Notes: generated from the letters alone by a model not told the origin. Counted from the first letter of the stretch, positions 45,575-54,397 are shown. The stretch: 64,000 bases of DNA from an uncultured Chloroflexia bacterium (GCA_963721765.1 CAVRJP010000001.1:78878-142877), one strand, 5' to 3'. Numbers and translations are program-made.

Positions 45575-45598
45575 GGCGGGGATTCTAGGCCCTGCCAA

Positions 45599-46597
45599 TC
45601 AGAGCTGGACGGCCGCGGCCTCCCATGGTGGAGCGGGCTGGGCGCGCATCCAGGTCACGGTCGCCTCGATCCCCGCCTCGAGATCGGTGGTCGCCGTCCA
45701 ACCCAGGGCGTCGCGAGCCACCGACGGATCCGACTGGAGGGCCAGTACCTCGCTCGCATCGGGGCGCATCCGGTCGGCCGACTGGACGACCCTCGGCGTC
45801 ACCCCGACGACCCGGCACGCGATCTCCAGGACCCGCTCGATCGTCTCGGCCCGGCCTGTGCCGAGCTGGATCGTCCGGCCCTCGATGCCCTTGGCGGTTG
45901 CGGCGCGGATGAAGCCGTCGACCGTGTCGGCGACGAACGTCAGGTCGCGCCGGGTGTCGAGCCGGCCGAGCGCGATCTCGCCGGTCCCGGCGAGCAGCTG
46001 GCGGATGATCGTCGCCACGACCGCCCGCTCCGACTGCCGGGGCCCGTACGTGTTGAACGGCCGAAGGATCGTCACCGGCACACCGAAGCTCCGGTGGAAC
46101 GACAGTGCGAGCTGGTCCGCCGCGACCTTGGACGCGGCGTAGGGAGACTGGGCGTTGAGCGGATGCGTCTCCCGGATCGGCAGCGATTCGGGCGTGCCGT
46201 AGACCTCCGAGGTCGAGGTATGGACGAGCCGCCGAAGGCCCGCCCGTCGCGCTGCCTCGAGCACGTTCAGCGTGCCCCGGACGTTCGTGTCGACGAACGA
46301 CTCGGCGGCGACGTACGAATACGGGATCGCAATGAGCGCCGCGAGATGGAACACGACCTCCACGCCGTCGGTCGCGGCTTGGACGAAGGCGGCGTCGCGC
46401 ACGTCGCCGAGCCGGATGTCGAGCGCGCCGCGCGTCGACGCAGGGGCGTTGTCGAGCCAGCCGGCGGAGCCCCGGGAGTTGTAGGCGCAGAACGCTCGAA
46501 CCCGCGCGCCCTCGGCCACGAGGCGCTCGGCCAGGTGGCTGCCGATGAACCCATCGGCGCCGGTCACGAGAACCGGCACGTCGCGCAGCGCTGTCAC
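45599..46597 (-). CDS. NAD-dependent nucleotide-sugar 4,6-dehydratase/epimerase, LegB-like
   Basis: GTG at 46597 (GTGA overlap) within track ORF 45599..46849. Reads VLVTGADGFIGSHL...YNSRGSAGWLD...VFHLAALIAIPYSY...FVDTNVRGTLNVLEAA...HTSTSEVYG...SPYAASKVAAD...RPFNTYGPRQS.RAV. The resemblance to Campylobacter LegB is from memory. Confidence 0.8.
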   Translation of the reverse strand: MTALRDVPVLVTGADGFIGSHLAERLVAEGARVRAFCAYNSRGSAGWLDNAPASTRGALDIRLGDVRDAAFVQAATDGVEVVFHLAALIAIPYSYVAAESFVDTNVRGTLNVLEAARRAGLRRLVHTSTSEVYGTPESLPIRETHPLNAQSPYAASKVAADQLALSFHRSFGVPVTILRPFNTYGPRQSERAVVATIIRQLLAGTGEIALGRLDTRRDLTFVADTVDGFIRAATAKGIEGRTIQLGTGRAETIERVLEIACRVVGVTPRVVQSADRMRPDASEVLALQSDPSVARDALGWTATTDLEAGIEATVTWMRAQPAPPWEAAAVQL

Positions 46598-47646
46598 GCG
46601 CCCTCCCGCGCCCGGATGAGCTGGTCCCGCTGGCCGACGTCGACCCAGTCGTCCTCGACCTCGAAGGCGCCCACCGGATCGCCCCGCCCGAGCAGCTCGT
46701 CGATGACTTCGGGCATCGAGGTCGCCATGTCCGGCTTGACCAGCCCGGCGACCCACGGCGCGATCACGTAGATCCCGGTGTTGACCTCGCGCCCGATCGT
46801 CGGCTTCTCCTCGATCGAAAGCACGCGCTCGCCGTCGCGCTCGATGCACCCGAACGGGACGGTGTGGACGTAGCGGCGGGTGCCGATGGTCGCCGCGTAG
46901 CCGCCGCGCTCGTGGAAGGCAAGGAGGTTCGGGACGTCCACCGTGGTGACGAGGTCACCGTTGAGGACGAGGAGCGCGTCCTCGAGGGGCGCGGGCAGCA
47001 GGGCCAGCGAGCCGGCCGTCCCGAGCGGGGCGCGCTCGCGCAGGTACTCGATCGAGGCGCCGAACCCGGTGCCATCGCCGAAGTGCTCCTCGATCACCTC
47101 GGCCATGTAGCCAACCGAGATGGAGATGTGGCTGATCCCCGAGCCGACGAGGTGCAGCACGATCCGCTCCAGGATCGGCCGGCCGGCGACGCGCAGCATC
47201 GGCTTCGGGATGCTGTCGGTGAGCGGGCGGAGCCTGGTGCCCCGGCCGCCGGCCATGATCACGGCCCGGTTCGGCCGGGCGACGGGCTCGACGAACGCGT
47301 GCAGGAGGTGGAGCGCGACCGGCCGGCCGGCATCGTCGACGACGGGCACGGCATCGATCCGGCGGGCGCGCATGAGGTCCAGGGCGTCGGCCCGCGTCTG
47401 CTGCCGGCCGATCGCCACGAAGGTGCTGTTCAGGACGGGCTCGAGCGGGTCGTCCAGCCCGACGCCCGCCAGGAGGGCTCGGCGCAGGTTGCCGTCCGTC
47501 GCAAGGCCGACGAGCCGGCCGTCGCCGTCGACCGCGAGGCAGAGTCCCGCCGCTCCCCGATCGACGGCCGCGAGGCCCTCCCGGACCGTCGCCGTGTGCG
47601 CCACGATCGAGCCGGCGAGGCGGTCAGCAGTGGTCCGCTCAGGCAT
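46594..47646 (-). CDS. CBS-pair plus sugar-phosphate nucleotidyltransferase (PtmE-like)
   Basis: ATG at 47646 within track ORF 46594..47787. Two CBS-like repeats are followed by AVIMAGGRGTRLRPLTDSIPKPMLRVAGRPILE...LGTAGSL. Confidence 0.8.
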   Translation of the reverse strand: MPERTTADRLAGSIVAHTATVREGLAAVDRGAAGLCLAVDGDGRLVGLATDGNLRRALLAGVGLDDPLEPVLNSTFVAIGRQQTRADALDLMRARRIDAVPVVDDAGRPVALHLLHAFVEPVARPNRAVIMAGGRGTRLRPLTDSIPKPMLRVAGRPILERIVLHLVGSGISHISISVGYMAEVIEEHFGDGTGFGASIEYLRERAPLGTAGSLALLPAPLEDALLVLNGDLVTTVDVPNLLAFHERGGYAATIGTRRYVHTVPFGCIERDGERVLSIEEKPTIGREVNTGIYVIAPWVAGLVKPDMATSMPEVIDELLGRGDPVGAFEVEDDWVDVGQRDQLIRAREGA

Positions 47647-48337
47647 CTCGCGCTCGATCCCCGGTCGCAGCGTCGTCCGCCGGTCCGCCTCGATCGCCCT
47701 CGTTGCGAACCTGGGCGCGAGCGGCAAGGAGGACCATGCCGGCCGCGACGTCCCCGGTCGCCACCGCGCCCATCCCGACGACGGCACCCCGCCCGATCGC
47801 GATGTGATCGCGAACCGCGGCCCCGAGGCCGATGAACACGTCCTCGCCGAGCCGCGTGCCCCCGCCGACGGTCGCCCCGGGCGCCACGTGCGTGAAGGCG
47901 CCGACGGCGACGTCGTGCTCGACCACCGCCCGGCTGTTCACGATGACGTGCTCGGCGAGGTTTGCCCCGGCGTTGACGACGGCGCCGGCGAGCACGACGC
48001 AGCCCGGCTGCAGCGTGGCGCTCGGCGAGACCCAGGCCGTTGGATGGATCACGGTCGCCCAGGCCGCGTCCGTGCCGAGGCTCTCGACCGCGCGCCGGCG
48101 TCGCTCCGCGCGACCACCGAAGCCGAGCGCGAGCGACGGCCGATCGTCGCCTGCGAGGCCGGCATGGAGCCGTCGGAGCTCGTCGTCCGTGCCGAGGTAG
48201 GGGACCGGCATCGCCGACGACGTCCGGGGATCCGGGTCGGTGTAGCCGATGGCCTCCCAGCCGGCCGCCGCCGCAGCCTCGATCACGACCCTGGCGTGCT
48301 CGCCCCCGCCGACGATCACGAGACGTGGCTGCGTCAC
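47639..48337 (-). CDS. NeuD/PglD/LegH-family hexapeptide sugar N- or O-acetyltransferase
   Basis: GTG at 48337 (GTGA overlap) within track ORF 47639..49633. Reads LVIVGGGEHARVVIEAA...GW..IGY.D, then hexapeptide repeats (IHPTAWVSPSATLQPGCVVLAGAVVNAGANLAEHVIVNSRAVVEHDVAVGAFTHVAPGATVGG). Confidence 0.8.
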   Translation of the reverse strand: MTQPRLVIVGGGEHARVVIEAAAAAGWEAIGYTDPDPRTSSAMPVPYLGTDDELRRLHAGLAGDDRPSLALGFGGRAERRRRAVESLGTDAAWATVIHPTAWVSPSATLQPGCVVLAGAVVNAGANLAEHVIVNSRAVVEHDVAVGAFTHVAPGATVGGGTRLGEDVFIGLGAAVRDHIAIGRGAVVGMGAVATGDVAAGMVLLAARAQVRNEGDRGGPADDAATGDRARDA

Positions 48338-49506
48338 GGACCGACGCGCACCGGCGCCTTGCGCGGCGGTCTCGACGGCTGCCACGCGGCGATGATATCC
48401 GCGGCCCGCCGGCCGGCCCGACCGTCGGTGAGGCGCGCGTCGAGCGCGGGGAGGGCGTCTCGGAACGCGGGCTCGAGCGCTCGCCGGAGTGCCGCCACCA
48501 CGGCCGCCGCATCGGCGGGCGCATCGATCACGTTGGCCTCGCGACGCCGGCCGGCCTGCCGATCGCCCACGTTGACGGCGGGCAAGCGCACCGCGGGCGC
48601 CTCCACGATCGCGCTGGAGCTGTTTCCGAGCATCGCGTCCGCGAGGCGCAGGAGACCCCACAGGTGGCGCTCGCCGAGGGCCGCGACGGCGACGCCGCCG
48701 GTGGCGGTCGCGGCATCGCGCATGAGTCGCTCCACCTCGGCGCCGGCGGGATCCGAGTTCGGCATGGTCACGACGTAGGTCGCCGGCACCGCGTGCATCG
48801 CCGCGGCGACGGCGCGCGCGGGCCCAGCCGGATCGAGCTCCAGCGTTGCCGGGTGGACCGACACCACGACGACGGGCGCCGGGAGCTCGAGGCCGAGCAG
48901 GTCGGACAGCTCGGCACGGTCCGGAAGGTCGGGACGCCCGAGATTGTCCAGGCCGGGAGCGCCGATGACGTGCACGAGCGCCGGGTCCTCGCCCAGCGCG
49001 ATCACGCGCCGCCGGTGCTCGTCGTGGCTGACGAGGTGGAGGTGGGCGAGCTTCGTGATCGCATGCCGAAGCGCGTCGTCGAAGGCGCCCAGGGTCTGCT
49101 CGCCGCCGTGGACGTGGACGATCGGGACACGCGCCAGGGTCGCCGCGAGCGCTGCCGCGGCGGTCTCCAGGCGATCCCCGACGACGACGAGCGCGTCCGG
49201 CTGGGCGCCGCCCAACCAGGCGCCGATGCGCTCGAGCGCGACCCCTGCCTGCGCCTCGGCCGGCGGATCGGGGTCGCCGGGGCCGTCGGCCAGCCACGCG
49301 ATCTCGGCCGCGGGCTCGAAGCCCGCCGCGCGGACGTGTTCGATCGAGCGGCCGTGGCGTGGGCTGAGGTGCATGCCGCCCGCGACCAGGACGAGGTCGA
49401 GGTCGTCGCGGTCGCGGATCGCGACGCACACCGAGCGCAGGATGCCCCAGTCCTGGCGCCCGGACGTCAGCACGGCGATCCGGCGCGACGTTCCGGCGTC
49501 CGTCAT
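48334..49506 (-). CDS. neuC: UDP-N-acetylglucosamine 2-epimerase, hydrolysing type (NeuC/LegG-like)
   Basis: ATG at 49506 (ATGA overlap) within track ORF 48334..50841. Reads RRIAVLTSGRQDWGIL...LVAGGMHLSPRHG.....PIVHVHGGE.T.GAFDDALRHAITKLAHLHLV...GNSSS.I.EAP....P.VN.G.RQ.GR. Confidence 0.85.
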   Translation of the reverse strand: MTDAGTSRRIAVLTSGRQDWGILRSVCVAIRDRDDLDLVLVAGGMHLSPRHGRSIEHVRAAGFEPAAEIAWLADGPGDPDPPAEAQAGVALERIGAWLGGAQPDALVVVGDRLETAAAALAATLARVPIVHVHGGEQTLGAFDDALRHAITKLAHLHLVSHDEHRRRVIALGEDPALVHVIGAPGLDNLGRPDLPDRAELSDLLGLELPAPVVVVSVHPATLELDPAGPARAVAAAMHAVPATYVVTMPNSDPAGAEVERLMRDAATATGGVAVAALGERHLWGLLRLADAMLGNSSSAIVEAPAVRLPAVNVGDRQAGRRREANVIDAPADAAAVVAALRRALEPAFRDALPALDARLTDGRAGRRAADIIAAWQPSRPPRKAPVRVGP

Positions 49507-51290
49507 CGTCCGCCGGCCAGGTCGTTCGCGTCGATCGCAGCGCCGGCCTCCACCGCCCGGGCGGTCGTCGCCCCGACGATCGAGGCAAGGCGCGACGGCG
49601 GCAGTCCGCCCGCGGGTCGCAGCACGTCGACATCCACGGCCTCGATGACGTGGCCCGCCGGCCGGGAGGCTCGCCAGTACAGGCTCCGCCGGGCCACCGC
49701 GGCCACGTCCCGCTCCCCCTCGACCGGGGCCTTGTGCCCGGTCCCGAGCGCGGCCTCGATTCGGCGGATGCCCTCGACCATCCCGCCGAATGCAGCGGGC
49801 TCGAGCGACGCGCGGTGGTCCGGGCCGGCCATGCCTCGGTCCAGGGTGAGGTGCTTCTCGATGAGCGACGCCCCCGCCGCGACCGCGGCGGCCGGCAGGT
49901 CGATCCCGTCGGTGTGGTCGGACCAGCCGACCGGGACGCCGAACGCGCGGCGCATGGTCTCGATCGCGCGCAGGTTCGCGTCTTCGACCGCGGCCGGGTA
50001 GCTCGACACGCAGTGGAACAGCGCGAGGGGCACGTCGCCGTTCGATCGGATCGTGTCGACGGCGGCGGCGACCTCGGTCATGTCGGCCATGCCCGTCGAT
50101 ACGAGGATCGGGCGTCCGAATCGCGCGAGCCGGGCGAGGAATGGCGTATTCGTGAGCTCGCCCGAGCCGACCTTGAACGCCGGGACGTCGAGGGCGTCGA
50201 GCAGCGCCGCCGAGCCGTCGTCGAAGGGCGTCGAGAGGAAGACCAGGCCCGCCTCTCGGGCGTGCGCCTGGAGGGCCGGCCACGAATCGCGCGGGAGCGC
50301 CAGCCGGGCGAGCAACGCTCGCTGGTCGGCGGCATCGACGCCGGCCTCGCGCTGGTACGCGGCGGTCGGGGCGCCGGGAACGGCGAGAGCAGCCGGATCG
50401 AAGGTCTGGAACTTGACGGCGTCCGCGCCCGCCGCTGCAGCAGCGTCGATCAATCGGTGGGCCAGCGCCGGGTCGCCGTCGTGGTTGACCCCCGCCTCGG
50501 CGATGACGAACGCGGGGCCCGTGCCAATGGTTCGCCCACCGAGCAGGACGGGTCGCACCGGCCGCGCGGAGAGAAGCGCTTCGGCGAGCACGAACTCCAG
50601 CTCCTCGTCGATGTCGATCGCCCGCTCGGCCGGGATCCGCAGGCCCAGCGTCACGCCGGGCACGACGAAGCGCCGTGTCTCCCGGAGCGCAGCGACGCCG
50701 GCGACATAGAAGGCGCCGGCGACGCGCACGTCGGCCGCGTCCGATTCGGTCGCATCCGCCTCGGCCGGGTCCGATTCGATCCGGGAGGATGTCGCATCGC
50801 GGGCCGTCAGCGCGCCGCCGGCGCCCAGCCGGTATTGCCACGTCGATGGGTGCCCGGCGACGACGCTCGTCACGCCCACGCCGCCCCGCTCCCGATGTTG
50901 CTCGATCGCGGCGATCACGTCGGCCGGGTCGGTCAGGGGCGACGTGGGCTGGAGGAGGACGAGCGTCTCGAATTCGGCGCCGCCGGCGGCAAGGGTGTCG
51001 AGCGCGTGGATCGCCACGTCGATCGACGTCGCGTCATCCGTGGCGAGCGCCGCGGGCCGGGCGAGCGTCTCCGCCCCCCACGTGGATGCCGCGGCCGCAA
51101 TGGCGTCGTCGTCCGTGCTGCACACGACCCGATGCGGACCGCCAGGTGTCGCCCGGGCAGCAGCGGCGCCGATCCTCGCCGCCCAGCCGGCGAGCGGGAT
51201 CCCGCCGACGGTTCGGAGGTTCTTGCCCGGCACCCGGCGGCTGCCACCGCGGGCGGGGATCAGGAACAGGATCGCGCCCGTCGCGGTCAC
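49503..51290 (-). CDS. Fusion protein: N-terminal CMP-nonulosonate synthetase (NeuA/LegF-like) plus C-terminal nonulosonate synthase (NeuB/LegI-like with SAF domain)
   Basis: Intact 595-aa track ORF. N-terminal part: ILFLIPARGGSRRVPGKNLR.VGG.PL..W...LLQPTSPL. C-terminal part: FVIAEAGVNHDGD...A..LIDAAA.AGADAVKFQTF...VFLSTPFD......L..L.VPAFKVGSGELTN.P.L...A..G.P.LVSTGM...CVS.YPA....ANLRAI.....FG.PVGWSDHT.G.... Confidence 0.85.
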   Translation of the reverse strand: MTATGAILFLIPARGGSRRVPGKNLRTVGGIPLAGWAARIGAAAARATPGGPHRVVCSTDDDAIAAAASTWGAETLARPAALATDDATSIDVAIHALDTLAAGGAEFETLVLLQPTSPLTDPADVIAAIEQHRERGGVGVTSVVAGHPSTWQYRLGAGGALTARDATSSRIESDPAEADATESDAADVRVAGAFYVAGVAALRETRRFVVPGVTLGLRIPAERAIDIDEELEFVLAEALLSARPVRPVLLGGRTIGTGPAFVIAEAGVNHDGDPALAHRLIDAAAAAGADAVKFQTFDPAALAVPGAPTAAYQREAGVDAADQRALLARLALPRDSWPALQAHAREAGLVFLSTPFDDGSAALLDALDVPAFKVGSGELTNTPFLARLARFGRPILVSTGMADMTEVAAAVDTIRSNGDVPLALFHCVSSYPAAVEDANLRAIETMRRAFGVPVGWSDHTDGIDLPAAAVAAGASLIEKHLTLDRGMAGPDHRASLEPAAFGGMVEGIRRIEAALGTGHKAPVEGERDVAAVARRSLYWRASRPAGHVIEAVDVDVLRPAGGLPPSRLASIVGATTARAVEAGAAIDANDLAGGR

Positions 51291-51370
51291 GGGCCGATTC
51301 TACGGTCGCATGCGCCCGGGCCCGGACCCGTCCGGCGCGTTCGCCTCGCCGGCGCGCGGATCGTCGCCGA

Positions 51371-53260
51371 TCACGTCAGCCAGGCGAGCAGATCCTCGGC
51401 GATCCGATCGGTGGCCGAGCCCGGCTCGAAATGGCCGGCGAGGAAGCCCTCGCGGGCCGCCTCGGTGATCGCGCCGCTCGCCGCGGCGTCGAGCGCGTCG
51501 AGGAGCTCGGCGCCGTTCGAGACCGGCAGGGCGACCCCCGCCGCGACGTAGTCGAGCAGGTCGCCACCGAGCACGCCGGCAGCCAGGAGGTTCGGCGTGC
51601 CGACGAACACGGACTCCGTGAGGACCGTGGAGTGGATCCCCAGGTGCGCGTCGGCCGCGGCGAGCAGCCGATACAGGTCCACGTGCTGGACGATACCGAT
51701 CGGTGGTGGCGCGAAGCCACCCGCCGCGGCCACGCCCTCGATCACGGCGCGGTACGGGCCCTCGTCCTTCTCCGCCGGGTGCTGCTTGACGACGAGCCGG
51801 ACGTTCGGGAGCGGGCGATCGAACAGCCGGGCGAGGAGGAGCGGATAGATGAGCCGGCGGTAGATCGGCCCGTAGGTCCCCGAGAGCACGACGAGGCGTT
51901 CGCCGTCGACGACGCCGAGCTCGGCTCGCATCGCCGCGCGATCCCCGGGCGCGGGGCGATACAGGTCCAGCCTGGGCGACCCGCCGACGACGACCTCGTC
52001 CTCGCCGTAGACGCTGTCGCCCACGAGGCGCTCGCGCTCCCACGCACCGAAGACGTAGGTCCGGTTGGGCAGGCGCAGCTCCGGCGGCCGGTCGGGATGG
52101 ATGTAGCCGTTGTGGCGCCGATAGATCGTCCCGTGCTGCACGGCGGCGACGGGAATGCCGGCGCTCGAGGCCGCCTCGAGGCAGTCCTGGCGGTGGTACT
52201 CGTCGGCCACCAGGATCGCCCGCACGGGCAGCCGCTCGACGAGGCTACGGATCCGCGCCACCGCGACATGCGCCCCGACGATCCAGCCGGCCGCGTCCTC
52301 GGCAACGTGCCGAGCGAGTTCGGGACCGAGGTCGATCCCGGACGTCTCCGCCGGCCGACGGACGGCGGCGATGGCGCGTGCTCGCTCCAGGGCGGCCGCT
52401 TCGGTGCGCGCGTCGTGCGGCGGTCCCGACGGCCTGACGGCATCGAGCGGCAGGACGCGCTGGTCGCCGGGGCCGGGCGCTCGACGGGACGCATACCGAT
52501 CCACCACGATCGGGTCCAGGGAGGACCCCCGGAGGCGGTCGATGATCGGGCCGAGGTTCGGGCTCATGACCCGCGGCCCCTCGGCGGTCTCGACCTGCTG
52601 GGGCAGCTGCATCAGCACGACGAGCAGGCGCGGCGTCGACTCGGCGGCCAGTCGCGTGAGGCGTTCGTAGATCAGCTTGCCGCCTCGCGAGCCAACGCCC
52701 CGAGGCCCGGCGCCGACCCGGCGGCGGATGGCGCGGAGGATCCGCCCGGCGAGCCGTAGTGGCCAGGCGCGGCGAGCTGCCGGCGGCTCGCCCGGCCGGT
52801 CAGCCTGCGCGCTGGTCGAGCGAGGGCTCGACGAAGCATCTCCCCCCTCGCGGAACGCCAGCCCATCGGTGGCCGCGACGAGGCGCGCGGCGTCCCGGAG
52901 GGCCGGCTCCACGTCCGCCGTGCAGATGAGACCGGCCGGCCGATGCTCCTCGACCAGGTCGCGAACGACGGCGGCCCACACGACGCGCTCCTGGAGCCAC
53001 AGCCAGTGGTGCAGCCGGGCTCGGTACCAGAACGAGGTCCGCCCGATCGTCAGCGCCTCGATTACGCCGGAGGCCGCCGCCCATGCGTCCAGGAGCCGCG
53101 AGGTCTCCTCGATCGGGTCCATGCGCCCGAGCACCCGCCCAACCGCGTCGCGGACCGAGACGAGCCGCGTTGAGTCGCCACCGACCGGCGTCCAGGTGAG
53201 GTCCACGACGACCGCGAGGTCGTCTCCTCCGACCTCGCGCGGCCGCGGCGCGAGCCACAT
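51371..53260 (-). CDS. 629-aa GT-B-like protein with HP motif, paralogous to the C-terminal domain of the 32801-35274 gene (putative CMP-ulosonic-acid-dependent or capsule-type transferase)
   Basis: ATG at 53260 within track ORF 51371..54565. Reads ...VVVGGSPRLD...LVVLSGTY...VRLVVKQHPAEKD...DAHLGIHSTVLTESVFVGTPNLL. The family call rests on motifs only. Confidence 0.55.
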   Translation of the reverse strand: MWLAPRPREVGGDDLAVVVDLTWTPVGGDSTRLVSVRDAVGRVLGRMDPIEETSRLLDAWAAASGVIEALTIGRTSFWYRARLHHWLWLQERVVWAAVVRDLVEEHRPAGLICTADVEPALRDAARLVAATDGLAFREGGDASSSPRSTSAQADRPGEPPAARRAWPLRLAGRILRAIRRRVGAGPRGVGSRGGKLIYERLTRLAAESTPRLLVVLMQLPQQVETAEGPRVMSPNLGPIIDRLRGSSLDPIVVDRYASRRAPGPGDQRVLPLDAVRPSGPPHDARTEAAALERARAIAAVRRPAETSGIDLGPELARHVAEDAAGWIVGAHVAVARIRSLVERLPVRAILVADEYHRQDCLEAASSAGIPVAAVQHGTIYRRHNGYIHPDRPPELRLPNRTYVFGAWERERLVGDSVYGEDEVVVGGSPRLDLYRPAPGDRAAMRAELGVVDGERLVVLSGTYGPIYRRLIYPLLLARLFDRPLPNVRLVVKQHPAEKDEGPYRAVIEGVAAAGGFAPPPIGIVQHVDLYRLLAAADAHLGIHSTVLTESVFVGTPNLLAAGVLGGDLLDYVAAGVALPVSNGAELLDALDAAASGAITEAAREGFLAGHFEPGSATDRIAEDLLAWLT

Positions 53261-53365
53261 CGTGCCGCCGGTCCGCGACGGCGTGTCCGGGGCGCCGCGT
53301 CGGGCCGGGCTCACGGCCGGGAGCGTAGCGCAGGGGGTCACGAGCGTCGCGCTATCCTCACGGCC

Positions 53366-54397
53366 ATGCCGACCCTGCACAGCCGGCTCGGATCGTGGGA
53401 CCTCGACCACGTCCATGCATGGTCGGATCGCGCGCTCGTGATGCGAGCTCCCGAGCAGGTCATCGTCAGGCCCGAGACCCGCGTCGCGACGATCGGCAGC
53501 TGCTTCGCGGCCGAGCTCGCCGAGATGATGGACGAGGTCGGCGTGCACGGGGGCATGCACCCGAGCGGCCTGTTCTACTCCACCGCGACGATCCGCCAGG
53601 AGCTGGAGCGCCTTGCTGGCGGCTGGCCGGAACGCTCGGCCGAGCCGGGCTGGAAGGTCGGCGACGGCTGGGTCGACCCGTTCCGCGACTACGACACCGT
53701 CTACGCGGACGAAGCCGCGCTCGCGGCCGCCCGCACGGCCGCCGATGCCGCCGCGGCCGGCCTGTTCGAGCGCCCTGGCGTCGTCGTCGTCACGCTGGGC
53801 CTCATCGAGACGTGGCGCAGCCCGACCACCGGCAATACGTTCCGCCAGATCCCGCACCCGGCCGCGTTCGCGGCGATCCAGCCGGAGTTCCACCGCCTCA
53901 CGGTCGACGAGATGCTCGCCGACCTCGAGCGAATCCGGATCGTCGTCCGCGACCGGCTCGGCGCGGAGCTCGTCGTGACGACCTCGCCCGTGCCGCTGCA
54001 CACGACGTTCACGCCGCTCGACGTGCGCGTCGCCAACACCGAGTCCAAGAGCCGCATCCGGGCCGCGGTCTCGGAGCTCGTCGATCGCCACCCGGACGTC
54101 CACTACTTCCACTCGTACGAGATGGTCGTCACCGCGGAGAAGCAGTCGGACTACTTCCGCGACGATGGGCGCCACGTCCACCGGCCCGCCGTGCGCTACA
54201 TCATCTCGGAGTTCCTGCGCCTGTTCGCCGATCCGGCCCTGCGGCTCGCCGGCGTCGATGGCTCGTTCCTGACCACGATCGACAAGACCGCCCCGATCCC
54301 GAGCCGCGCCTCGCGGGCCGGGCCGCGTGCCCCGCTGTGGCGCCGCGCCGTCCGCCGCGCTCGCAGGATGATGCGCGGATCCCGCGTGCCGGCCTGA
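53366..54397 (+). CDS. GSCFA-family protein
   Basis: 343 aa with a literal GSCFA motif (RVATIGSCFAAELAEMM) near the N-terminus. Later: VVVTLGLIETW and GRHVH. Confidence 0.75.
   Translation: MPTLHSRLGSWDLDHVHAWSDRALVMRAPEQVIVRPETRVATIGSCFAAELAEMMDEVGVHGGMHPSGLFYSTATIRQELERLAGGWPERSAEPGWKVGDGWVDPFRDYDTVYADEAALAAARTAADAAAAGLFERPGVVVVTLGLIETWRSPTTGNTFRQIPHPAAFAAIQPEFHRLTVDEMLADLERIRIVVRDRLGAELVVTTSPVPLHTTFTPLDVRVANTESKSRIRAAVSELVDRHPDVHYFHSYEMVVTAEKQSDYFRDDGRHVHRPAVRYIISEFLRLFADPALRLAGVDGSFLTTIDKTAPIPSRASRAGPRAPLWRRAVRRARRMMRGSRVPA

Noticed and set aside
43979-46771. 930-aa plus-strand ORF, and similar long plus-strand ORFs at 48040..50001, 49650..51551, 50675..52759 and 60862..63387
   Set aside because: All are antisense to minus-strand genes that carry clear enzyme motifs. 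Their translations are Arg/Gly/Pro/Asp-rich with no domain signatures.
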